Source: Ilumatobacteraceae bacterium
GTDB lineage: Bacteria; Actinomycetota; Acidimicrobiia; Acidimicrobiales; Ilumatobacteraceae
DNA length: 64,000 bases
Direction: 5' to 3'
Assembly: GCA_963703525.1 (NCBI GenBank)
Contig: CAVPET010000021.1
Span: 8,446 to 72,445 of the forward strand
The position numbers and the translations under genes are program-made. Under the pieces are notes generated by a model. It ran no database searches. It was not told where the DNA came from and worked only from the letters and a program-made list of their open reading frames with translations. Positions 49,869 through 58,511 of this stretch are shown piece after piece (position 1 is the stretch's first letter; each line of letters begins with the position of its first letter).

Positions 49869-51143
49869 ATGGCTACCGCCCGCAGCACCACCAATCCCGG
49901 CACCACCAATCCCGGCACCACCAATCCCGGCGCTGTCAGGCCCAGGACCGGGCGTCAGCTCTCGTACGCGCTCGTCGACGCCGACACGCACTACTACGAG
50001 CCGCGTGACTTCATCAGTGGGTACATCGATCCGGCATACCGCGACCGCTGTATCTCCGTCAGGCGAACCGATGACGATATGGACCAGATCATGTTCGGCA
50101 GCGAGCCGATGTCGTTTCTCACACACCACGCGGACTTCGATCGTGCGCCGCGGCCCGGCGGGCTCAAGGAGCAGTTCCGGGCGTTGAAGCAGACGGGACG
50201 TCTCGAGAAGGACGACGACTTCGGTGTGCCGGTCAAGGCGTCATGGCGTGACCCGCTCGCACGGCTCGAGGAGATGGACCAACAGGGCGTCGAAGTCGCA
50301 CTCGCCTTCCCGACACGCGGCGTCTGCTTCGAGTTCCTGATGCGTGACGACGCGGACCTGCTGTACGCGCACCTCGCAGCGTTCAACCGCTGGCTCGACG
50401 AGCAGTGGGGATATGCCACCGACAACCGGCTGTTCGCTCCGCCGTTGATGAACCTCACCGACATCGACCGGGCGGTCGAGCATCTCGACGCGGCCCTTGC
50501 GCGTGGCACGCGAGCCGTCCATCTGCAGTGTGGCCCGCAAGGGGGGCGGGCTCCAGGCGACCCGCACAACGACCCGTTCTGGGAGCGGATCAACGAGGCG
50601 GGTATTCCCGTCGCGTTCCACATCGGTCCCACCGGGCTCAACGAGATGTACGGCGCCCACTGGGGGGAGAATCCGAATCCCGCGGCCCATCAGCAGTCGG
50701 CTTTCCAGTGGACCTGCACCTACGGCGACACGGCGATCATGCACACGCTCGCTTCGATGATCTACCACAACCTGTTCGGTCGGTTCCCGAACGTGCAGGT
50801 GCTGAGCGTCGAGCACGGCTCACTGTGGGCGCCGTATCTGCTGTCGGTGATGGACAAGATGAAAGGGATGGGGCGCAACGGACCGTGGCCGGGTGGCTAC
50901 GTGAGTGGCCGCCCGAGTGAGGTGTTCAAGCAACACGTCCGCGTAGTGCCGTACCAGGAGGAACCGATCGAGGTTCTGGCGGCTGCCCTCGGTGTCGATC
51001 GCGTCTTGATGGGATCGGACTACCCGCACTCGGAGGGCCTGCCCGAGCCGATCCAGTTTCTGGATTCGCTCGCCGGTTTCGACGACGACGACGTGCGCAA
51101 GATCATGCGCGACAACACGCTGTCGATGCTGGGACTGGCATGA
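49869..51143 (+). CDS. Amidohydrolase-2 family metal-dependent hydrolase/decarboxylase
   Basis: ORF 49869..51143 (GAAGGAG upstream). 'LVDADTHYYEP', '...MGSDYPHSEG'. The N-terminus contains 3 x 15-bp repeats (TTNPG, 49886-49930). Confidence 0.75.
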   Translation: MATARSTTNPGTTNPGTTNPGAVRPRTGRQLSYALVDADTHYYEPRDFISGYIDPAYRDRCISVRRTDDDMDQIMFGSEPMSFLTHHADFDRAPRPGGLKEQFRALKQTGRLEKDDDFGVPVKASWRDPLARLEEMDQQGVEVALAFPTRGVCFEFLMRDDADLLYAHLAAFNRWLDEQWGYATDNRLFAPPLMNLTDIDRAVEHLDAALARGTRAVHLQCGPQGGRAPGDPHNDPFWERINEAGIPVAFHIGPTGLNEMYGAHWGENPNPAAHQQSAFQWTCTYGDTAIMHTLASMIYHNLFGRFPNVQVLSVEHGSLWAPYLLSVMDKMKGMGRNGPWPGGYVSGRPSEVFKQHVRVVPYQEEPIEVLAAALGVDRVLMGSDYPHSEGLPEPIQFLDSLAGFDDDDVRKIMRDNTLSMLGLA

Positions 51144-51919
51144 CGGCCACAACGTGTTGGGCGGGCGAGTTCGACGGCCGGATCGCGTTGATCACCGGCG
51201 CCGGCGCCGGCATCGGGTTGGCCACGGCGAAGCGTCTCGCCGCGGCGGGCGCCGCGGTGGTGCTCACCGACAAACACGAAGGCCGACTCGAAGCGGCAGT
51301 GTCAGCTGTCAACTCCGACAACCCTCCGCATCGGGCGCACGGTCATCTGCTCGACATCGAGAAGCGGGCAGAATTCGACTCGGTGTTCGCCGAGGTGGCC
51401 GAACACCTGGGTCCTGTCGGGATCTACGTGTGGAACGCTTCGCTCAACGTGCCGATGCCGATCCTCGACTACGACGCCGAATTGTTCGATCGGATCACCA
51501 CCGCCAATGTGACCAACTGCTGGTACTCCTGCGCCGCCATTGCACGACAGATGGAGTCGGCCGGTGGTGGTTCGATCGTGCTGGTCGGCTCGATCGCGCC
51601 GAACATCGGGGCAGCGGAGCGGGAGGCGCCGTATGCCATGTCGAAGGCGGCAGGACGGGCGCTGATGCTCGGGCTCGCTCGCGCCGTCGGACCGCTCGGC
51701 ATCAGGTGCAACGAAGTCGTCATGGCGTACGTCGAGGGAACCAGGTTCGCCGACAGCCGTCCCGACACGGCACGGCAGTTCGCCTCGCTCACCCCGCTGG
51801 GGCGCAATGCCAACGTCGACGACATCGCCGAGGCGATCGCCTATCTGGCATCGGGCCGCTCGGCATTCGTGTCCGGCGAAGTGCTCAACGTCACCGGGGC
51901 GTACTTCGGGACGCTGTGA
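51140..51919 (+). CDS. Short-chain dehydrogenase/reductase (SDR)
   Basis: ORF 51140..51919. 'ALITGAGAGIGLA', 'YAMSKAA'. ATGA overlap with the upstream gene. Confidence 0.85.
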   Translation: MTATTCWAGEFDGRIALITGAGAGIGLATAKRLAAAGAAVVLTDKHEGRLEAAVSAVNSDNPPHRAHGHLLDIEKRAEFDSVFAEVAEHLGPVGIYVWNASLNVPMPILDYDAELFDRITTANVTNCWYSCAAIARQMESAGGGSIVLVGSIAPNIGAAEREAPYAMSKAAGRALMLGLARAVGPLGIRCNEVVMAYVEGTRFADSRPDTARQFASLTPLGRNANVDDIAEAIAYLASGRSAFVSGEVLNVTGAYFGTL

Positions 51920-51974
51920 GTCGAAGCACGTTCAGCATGACACGAGCGTTAGATTTCGGCTATACATGCCGACC

Positions 51975-52187
51975 ATGAAGTTCATCGTCGATCGAGGTCG
52001 ATGCACCGGGCACGGACGCTGCTACACCGTCGCCCCCGATGTGTACGCGCCCGACGACGACGGCTACTGCGACCCCGCGGTCGACGCCGTTGCCGAAGGC
52101 TTCGAGGAGCAGGCTCGACTCGGCGCGATGAACTGCCCGGAAGACGCGATCGCCATCGTCGAGTATCAGGGGGACAGCCATGAGTGA
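51975..52187 (+). CDS. Small P450-associated ferredoxin (3Fe-4S/4Fe-4S type)
   Basis: ATG 51975 (or 51966) in the frame of ORF 51807..52187. 'CTGHGRCYTVAP...CPEDAI'. Its stop overlaps the P450 start. Confidence 0.8.
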   Translation: MKFIVDRGRCTGHGRCYTVAPDVYAPDDDGYCDPAVDAVAEGFEEQARLGAMNCPEDAIAIVEYQGDSHE

Positions 52188-53367
52188 CAACGAAGCCCAA
52201 TCGTCCGAAGAAGCGAGCCCGTTCGAGGATCCCGAGAACCTGCGCAACCCGCAGCCCCTCTACAAGATGATGCGCGACCTGGCTCCGGTGGTCAACGTCA
52301 ATCGGAACAACATGAACACCACCGTCGTTGCCAAACACGATGACGTCCTCACCGTCCTGCGCACGCCGGAGGTATTCTCCTCGAGCGCCGACGCTGTGCA
52401 CATCGGCCAGATCCGCCCGCTCATCCCGTTGCAGATCGACCCGCCCGACCACAACAAGTACCGCAAGCTGCTCGACCCGCTCTTCGCCCCCAAGCGGATC
52501 GCCGAGCTTGAGGGCCGTACCCGTGAACTCGTCAACGTCCTGATCGACGCCGTGATCGACGATGGCCGGGCCAACTTCCACGAGGCCGTCGCCGAGCCGT
52601 TGCCGAGCACGGTCTTCCTCGAGCTCCTCGGCCTACCGGTCTCGCGGACCAAGGAGTTCGTTGCGCTGAAGGACGGAATCATCCGGCCCGACGCTCGCAG
52701 CGTCGACGAGCGACTCGAGAAGGTCACCGAGACCGGGGCGCGCATCTACGCCGTTCTCGAAGAGGTGGTCGACGATCGTGCCGCCGGTCGACGCGCCGAC
52801 TTCATCTCTGATTTCCTCGACAGCGAAGTCGACGGTGAACGCCTGACCCGCGACGAAGTCGTCGACATCTGCTACCTCTTCTTCCTCGCCGGCCTCGACA
52901 CGGTGACTGCGTCACTGGACTGCTTCCTCGCATTTCTCGCGCAGCATCCCGACCATCGGCAGCGCCTTGTCGACGATCCGGAGATCATCCCGGCAGCGAT
53001 CGAGGAGATGATGCGCTGGGAGACACCAGTCACCGGGGTCGCGCGGATCGCCCTTCAAGACACCGAACTCTCGGGATGCCCGATCGCCAAGGGGTCATTC
53101 GTTGCTCCCATGCTCGCGTCGGCCAACACAGACGAGGGCTTCTGGGACGACGCAGACACGGTGGATTTCGATCGCACGGTCAACAAGCACCTGGCCTTCG
53201 GCGGTGGCGTGCATCGCTGCCTCGGTTCGCACTTGGCGCGGATGGAACTGCGGGTCGCACTCGAAGAATGGCATCGCCGCATTCCGCGGTACCGGGTCGC
53301 CGACGGCGTCGAGTTGCTCTATTCCCAGTCGCTGCGGCAGGTGGAGAATCTCGAGTTGGTCTGGTAG
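52180..53367 (+). CDS. Cytochrome P450 monooxygenase
   Basis: ORF 52180..53367. Heme-thiolate loop 'FGGGVHRCLGSHLAR', 'EEMMRWETP' (ExxR). Confidence 0.9.
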   Translation: MSDNEAQSSEEASPFEDPENLRNPQPLYKMMRDLAPVVNVNRNNMNTTVVAKHDDVLTVLRTPEVFSSSADAVHIGQIRPLIPLQIDPPDHNKYRKLLDPLFAPKRIAELEGRTRELVNVLIDAVIDDGRANFHEAVAEPLPSTVFLELLGLPVSRTKEFVALKDGIIRPDARSVDERLEKVTETGARIYAVLEEVVDDRAAGRRADFISDFLDSEVDGERLTRDEVVDICYLFFLAGLDTVTASLDCFLAFLAQHPDHRQRLVDDPEIIPAAIEEMMRWETPVTGVARIALQDTELSGCPIAKGSFVAPMLASANTDEGFWDDADTVDFDRTVNKHLAFGGGVHRCLGSHLARMELRVALEEWHRRIPRYRVADGVELLYSQSLRQVENLELVW

Positions 53368-53483
53368 CTGCGTCGTCGCGGTCGAGCCCGAAACAAGGTT
53401 TCGCAACATCGAACTCTGCACTATCCAACGTCGCACTATCCAACGTCGCATCAGACACACAACAGGACGAACAAGGGGGCCGC

Positions 53484-54956
53484 ATGTCAATCGGAGAACA
53501 TCGGATGTTGATCGACGGCAAGCTGGTCGAGGCCGAAGGCGGCGGCGTTTTCGACAACATCAATCCGGCTACCGAAGAAGTCCTCGGCGTCACCACCGAT
53601 GGCACTCGACGTGACATGGAACGTGCGGTCAGCGCAGCGCGGCGAGCTTTCGACGACACCGATTGGTCGACCAACCATGGCTTTCGCAAGGACATGCTCA
53701 TGCAACTCCAGACGGCGATCGAGTCCGAGCGAGAGGAGCTGCGCGCCGAACTGATCGCCGAAGTCGGTTGTCCGCTGCTCACCACCTACGGCCCCCAGTT
53801 GGATGCACCACTGCGTGAATCGTTGATCTGGCCGGCGGAGATGATCGACTCGTTCGCCTGGTCCCGGTCGATCGGCCGCAAGGACGCCTTCGGTCTCGGC
53901 AGAGAGGCCGAACGGGAGATCTGGAAGGAGCCGATCGGTGTCGTCGGGATCATCGTGCCGTGGAACTTCCCGATCGAGATCATCCTCAACAAGATCGGCC
54001 CGGTGCTGGCGATGGGCAACACCTGCGTACTCAAACCCGCGCCCGACACGCCGTGGAACGCCGCTCGGCTCGGCCGTCTGATCGCAGAGAAGACCGACAT
54101 CCCGCCGGGCGTCGTCAACATCGTGCAGTCCTGCGACCACCTCGTCGGCGAGGTGCTGTCCACCTCACGGGACGTCGACATGGTGGCATTCACCGGTTCG
54201 ACCGCGACCGGACAGCGCATCATGGCGGCGGCGTCGGCCACGCTCAAGTCGGTCTTCCTCGAGCTCGGCGGCAAGTCCGTGAACCTCATCCTCGACGACG
54301 CCAATCTCGAGACGTCGGTGCCCGGCGCCGCCGGAATGTGCATGCACGCCGGCCAGGGCTGCGCGATGGCCACCCGGCTGCTCGTCCCGAACGCCCGCTA
54401 CGACGAGGCGGTCGAACTGGCGAAGATGGGTTTCGAGTCCGTCGGGTACGGGGATCCGACCGATCCGGCCAACCTGCAGGGCCCGCAAGTCTCGAGGCGT
54501 CAACAAGAACGTGTGCTCGGATACATCGAAAAGGGCAAGGCCGAAGGCGCTCGGCTGGTGACGGGCGGCAAAGCGCCGAGTCATCTCGACCGCGGATACT
54601 TCGTGGAGCCGACCGTCTTCGCCGACGTCGACAATTCGATGACCATCGCGCAGGAGGAGATCTTCGGTCCGGTGCTGTCGATCATCGGTTACGACGGCGA
54701 TGACGATGCCGTACGAATCGCCAACGATTCGATCTACGGCCTCTCCGGAAGCATCACCTCGGCCGATCTCGACCGTGCCAAGTCGGTCGCCCGCCGCATC
54801 CGCACCGGGACACTCGCGATCAATGGTGGGATCTGGTACGGCGCCGACGCACCGTTCGGCGGCTACAAGTCCTCGGGCATCGGACGTCAGTGCGGCATCG
54901 AGGGGCTGGAGATCTTCACCGAGACCAAGACCGTGGGCTGGCCGGCCGATGCGTGA
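53484..54956 (+). CDS. NAD(P)-dependent aldehyde dehydrogenase
   Basis: ATG 53484 in the frame of ORF 53076..54956. 'VPWNFP', 'FTGSTATG', 'ELGGKS', 'GQGCAMATR', 'EEIFGPV'. Confidence 0.9.
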   Translation: MSIGEHRMLIDGKLVEAEGGGVFDNINPATEEVLGVTTDGTRRDMERAVSAARRAFDDTDWSTNHGFRKDMLMQLQTAIESEREELRAELIAEVGCPLLTTYGPQLDAPLRESLIWPAEMIDSFAWSRSIGRKDAFGLGREAEREIWKEPIGVVGIIVPWNFPIEIILNKIGPVLAMGNTCVLKPAPDTPWNAARLGRLIAEKTDIPPGVVNIVQSCDHLVGEVLSTSRDVDMVAFTGSTATGQRIMAAASATLKSVFLELGGKSVNLILDDANLETSVPGAAGMCMHAGQGCAMATRLLVPNARYDEAVELAKMGFESVGYGDPTDPANLQGPQVSRRQQERVLGYIEKGKAEGARLVTGGKAPSHLDRGYFVEPTVFADVDNSMTIAQEEIFGPVLSIIGYDGDDDAVRIANDSIYGLSGSITSADLDRAKSVARRIRTGTLAINGGIWYGADAPFGGYKSSGIGRQCGIEGLEIFTETKTVGWPADA

Positions 54957-55037
54957 TGACGCGATGCGTGACGATGCGATGTTCGACGATGTGATGCGTG
55001 ACGACGTGATGCGTGACGACGTGATGCGTGACGACGT
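54948..55037. repeat. 15-bp tandem repeat, 6 copies (GATGCGTGACGACGT), spanning the aldehyde dehydrogenase stop and the spacer to the next gene
   Basis: Units at 54948, 54963, 54978, 54993, 55008 and 55023. The last three are identical. Confidence 0.9.
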
Positions 55038-55061
55038 GACGAGCACGAGGAGGACAGCGTC

Positions 55062-56282
55062 ATGAGCGGAGCACTCGCAGGTATTCGGGTCATCGAGGTT
55101 GCCAGCTGGATGTTCGTTCCGTCCGGCGGTTCGGTCCTCGTCGACTGGGGAGCCGAGGTGATCAAGGTCGAACCGGTGGTGGGTGGGGATCCCCAGCGCG
55201 GTCTCGTCACGTCGGGCCTGATCCCCGGTGGTCCGGGCGCCGTCAACTTCATGATCGAACAGCCCAACCGAGGCAAGAAGTCGATCGGCATCGACCTCGC
55301 CCATCCTGATGGGCGCGAGGTGCTGCTGAAGCTGTGTGAGGACGCCGACGTGTTCCTCACCAACTACCTGCCGCAGGTCCGACGCAAGCTGCGCATCGAC
55401 ATCGACGACATCCGCGAACGGAATCCGAACATCATCATCGGTCGGGGCTCCGGCCAGGGTCCGAAGGGGCCGGACTCCGAGGCCGGTGGCTACGACGGAG
55501 CTTCGTTCTGGGCCCGTGGCGGGGTGTGGACAGGAGCAGAACGCAAGCCCGACGGCTTCCCGCAGGGTCAGATGGGCCCGGCGTTCGGCGACGTGATGGG
55601 CGGGTTGGCGATGGCGGGGGCGATCGCCGCGGCGATCGTCAAGCGTGATCGCACAGGTGAGACGAGCATCGTCGACGTCTCGCTGCTGGCGACGGCGATG
55701 TGGCAGGTCTCCCCGATGGTCGTCGCATCGGGTGTCTACGGCATGGAATCGTTCCCGGCGAGCGATCGGTCGAAGCCGGCTAACCCGGGTGTCAACACCT
55801 ACCGGACCGCCGACGACCGCTTCATCAGCTTCATCCTGCTCCAACCCGACAAGTATTGGGCCGAGTTCGTCGACTGCCTCGACCGTCAAGAGCTGAGAGA
55901 CGATGTGCGATTCACCGACGCCGTGTCGCGCCGGACGCACAGCGAGGAGTGCACCAGGATTCTCGACGAGACATTCGGTGCTCATCCACTGTCGTACTGG
56001 CGTGAACGATTCGCAGATTTCTCCGGTGTGTGGTCGCCGTACCAGACACTCGGCGAACTCCATCACGATCCCCAGGCGATCGCCAACGGCTATCTCCCTT
56101 CGTTCCGGACAGCGAACGAGCAAGAGGTGCACCTGGTCGCCAGTCCTGCGCAGTTCGACGAGGCGCCGATCGAGGTCACGCGGGCGCCGGAGCACGGTGA
56201 ACACACCGAACTGCTCCTGGTCGACGCCGGGGTCTCCTGGGAAGAGATCGCCGCGCTCAAGGAGCGCGGCGCGATCCTCTAG
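55062..56282 (+). CDS. Family III CoA-transferase (CaiB/BaiF-like), canonical domain order
   Basis: ORF 55062..56282. N-terminal 'IRVIEVASWMFVPSGGSVLVDWGAEVIKVEP', 'GKKSIGIDL', 'IVDVSLL', small domain 'YRTADDRFISF', C-terminal 'APEHGEHTELLL'. Confidence 0.85.
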   Translation: MSGALAGIRVIEVASWMFVPSGGSVLVDWGAEVIKVEPVVGGDPQRGLVTSGLIPGGPGAVNFMIEQPNRGKKSIGIDLAHPDGREVLLKLCEDADVFLTNYLPQVRRKLRIDIDDIRERNPNIIIGRGSGQGPKGPDSEAGGYDGASFWARGGVWTGAERKPDGFPQGQMGPAFGDVMGGLAMAGAIAAAIVKRDRTGETSIVDVSLLATAMWQVSPMVVASGVYGMESFPASDRSKPANPGVNTYRTADDRFISFILLQPDKYWAEFVDCLDRQELRDDVRFTDAVSRRTHSEECTRILDETFGAHPLSYWRERFADFSGVWSPYQTLGELHHDPQAIANGYLPSFRTANEQEVHLVASPAQFDEAPIEVTRAPEHGEHTELLLVDAGVSWEEIAALKERGAIL

Positions 56283-56329
56283 GTGGTCTGCGTGCTACGA
56301 GACTTGCCAACTGGATCGGAACGACGACG

Positions 56330-57490
56330 GTGACATCTCTACCGGAACGCCAGACGATCATCTCCGGCATCGGGCAGTCCGACATCGGCCGACGCCTGTA
56401 CCGAAGTGGCCTCGATCTGACGGTGGAGGCGACCTTGCGGGCGGTCGAGGACGCCGGCTTGACTCTCGACGACATCGACGGGATCTCGACCTACCCCGGC
56501 TCCGGAGGTCCGTTCGGTGGAGCGAGCGGGTCGGAGCTGCACGACGCTCTTCGTCTCGAACTGAACTGGCGGGACGGCGCCTCGGAGACCGCCGGACAAC
56601 TCGGCGCCGTCCACAAAGCGGTGCTCGCCGTCGCGGCCGGCCTGGCCCGACATGTTGTCGTGTTCCGCACGGTGGTCGAGGGCAGCGGAACGCGAACCCG
56701 ATCAGCGGGCGCTCTGCCATCGGCAATGCGCAATCTGGTCCCCTTCGGAGCGGGTTCAGCGGCGAACTGGATCGCCTGCTACGCCCACCGACACATGTAC
56801 GAGTTCGGTACCACCCGGGAGCATCTCGGGGCCATTGCGATCAACGCCCGTAGGAACGCCGCTTTGAACCCGAGCGCGATCTACACCGAGCCGATGACGA
56901 TGGACGATTATTTGTCGGCGCGGCCGGTGAGCGAGCCGTTCTGCCTGTACGACTGCGACGTGCCGTGCGACGGATCGACCGCTGTGATCGTGTCGCACCG
57001 GGACTTCGCTCCGGATTCGCCGCACCCGCCGATCCAGGTCAACGCGATCGGTACCGCGCTCCACGGGAGACCGTCGTGGGATCAGTTCGACGATCTCACC
57101 ACAATGGGGATGCGGGATTCTGCGATCTCGCTGTGGAAGCGCACCGAACTCGGGCCTGCCGATGTCGACACCGCGCAGTTGTACGACGGCTTCAGTTGGC
57201 TCACCATCGCCTGGCTCGAGGCGTTGGGGTTCTGTGGTCGTGGCCAGGGTGGACAATTCGTCGAGGGGGGTCAACGGATTGCCATCGACGGCGAGTTGCC
57301 GCTGAACACCTGGGGTGGGCAGTTGTCCGGGGGGCGACTGCACGGATTCGGTTTTCTCCACGAAGGAGTCCTCCAGTTGCGACACACCGCCGGTGAGCGC
57401 CAGATCGGCGGTCGGCCGGAGGTTGCCGTGGTGGCCGCCGGGGGCGGGCCGGAGGTTGGTTGCATGCTGTTGACGAGAGGGTTGTCGTGA
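56330..57490 (+). CDS. Thiolase-like / lipid-transfer (SCP-x type) protein
   Basis: ORF 56330..57490. Thiolase-fold length and motifs ('...CDVPCDGSTAVIV...', '...GGQLSGGRLHGFG...'). Followed by an overlapping DUF35 gene. Confidence 0.7.
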   Translation: MTSLPERQTIISGIGQSDIGRRLYRSGLDLTVEATLRAVEDAGLTLDDIDGISTYPGSGGPFGGASGSELHDALRLELNWRDGASETAGQLGAVHKAVLAVAAGLARHVVVFRTVVEGSGTRTRSAGALPSAMRNLVPFGAGSAANWIACYAHRHMYEFGTTREHLGAIAINARRNAALNPSAIYTEPMTMDDYLSARPVSEPFCLYDCDVPCDGSTAVIVSHRDFAPDSPHPPIQVNAIGTALHGRPSWDQFDDLTTMGMRDSAISLWKRTELGPADVDTAQLYDGFSWLTIAWLEALGFCGRGQGGQFVEGGQRIAIDGELPLNTWGGQLSGGRLHGFGFLHEGVLQLRHTAGERQIGGRPEVAVVAAGGGPEVGCMLLTRGLS

Positions 57491-57939
57491 ACGGACGCGT
57501 GCCCCCGCCGCGGATCATTTCCCCCGAGATGGGTGAGGAGTTCTTCTGGCGATCAGGCGCGGACGGGCAGCTCCGGTTCCTCACCTGCCGTGCATGTGGC
57601 CGCCTCCATCACCCGCCCGCGCCCCGTTGTCCGTACTGTCGCGGGGCCGGTCTCGAGGCCCGTGCGGTGTCGGGGCTGGCGACGGTTGCCACCTTCACGA
57701 TCAACCGTCAGCCGTTCATGCCCGGCTTCGATCCGCCGTACGTGATCGCTCTCGTCGAGATCGACGAGGATCCCACCATCCGTCTGATGACGAACATCGT
57801 CGACTGCCGGATCGAAGATGTCGACTTCGGGATGCGGGTTCGGGTCGTGTTCGAAGCCAACGGCGAATGGTTCGTCCCGCTCTTCGCGCCGCTCGAGCCG
57901 GTGAAAATGGCCGGTCCGGAGGTCCCGCGAACGAATTAG
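57487..57939 (+). CDS. Zn-ribbon + OB-fold (DUF35) protein, the usual partner of thiolase-like proteins
   Basis: GTG 57487 overlaps the upstream stop (GTGA). 'CRACGRLHHPPAPRCPYCRG' followed by an OB-fold-like region. Confidence 0.75.
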   Translation: MNGRVPPPRIISPEMGEEFFWRSGADGQLRFLTCRACGRLHHPPAPRCPYCRGAGLEARAVSGLATVATFTINRQPFMPGFDPPYVIALVEIDEDPTIRLMTNIVDCRIEDVDFGMRVRVVFEANGEWFVPLFAPLEPVKMAGPEVPRTN

Positions 57940-58241
57940 TCCGAGGCCGGGAGCGGCTTGGAGTCCTTCAGTTCGAGCAGGGTGTTGTCCAAGCCCAGCG
58001 ACCCTTCGCCCGCCTTCGTGACCAGGACCTCGACGGTCTCACCGGCATCCGTGTAGCGCTTGCCCATGAGCGAGCCATCGGCGGCATCGGCAGCGGGTGG
58101 TCCGGCCGGCTCGCCGGCGCCGGCAGCGACCATGGCCGTGCCACCGCACCGCAGGTCCATCGAACCGCTCCCCCTGACGACGATCACCTCGGTCGTGCAG
58201 ACCGTGCTTTGAAGTCGGGTTCCGGGCTTGACGTCTACCAT
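57936..58241 (-). CDS. Small conserved-looking hypothetical protein (start uncertain)
   Basis: Frame of ORF 57936..58394. ATG 58241 (MVDVKPGTRL...) has GAAGAGG upstream. ATG 58337 and 58394 are alternatives. No family recognised. Confidence 0.45.
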   Translation of the reverse strand: MVDVKPGTRLQSTVCTTEVIVVRGSGSMDLRCGGTAMVAAGAGEPAGPPAADAADGSLMGKRYTDAGETVEVLVTKAGEGSLGLDNTLLELKDSKPLPASD

Positions 58242-58511
58242 GATCGGGGCCTCTTCCAGGGCGCCTCGGGCGCTCCGTCGATACTGCTCAGCATAAGCCG
58301 ATGGACGGCCGTGAAATCTATCTGACACATACGTCATGAAGAAAGTCGACCGTTCCGATTGTGCTGCACCGCGCGCAGGATGCTGTTCTGACACTGCCTT
58401 CAGGTTATGGTGTGGTTCTCAGTGCTGTGGGGGAAGCAGCGCGAGCAGCAACAAGTGAACTCAACGATGGGGGCTGCATGCGGCCTGACGATGAAGGGAC
58501 CCGAGAGCACG

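Noticed and set aside
54700-55065. ORF encoding (MRDDV)n between the aldehyde dehydrogenase and CoA-transferase genes
   Set aside because: Its first two-thirds are an alternative frame of the aldehyde dehydrogenase gene. The remainder is simply the 15-bp tandem repeat. There is no ribosome-binding site or independent coding signal.
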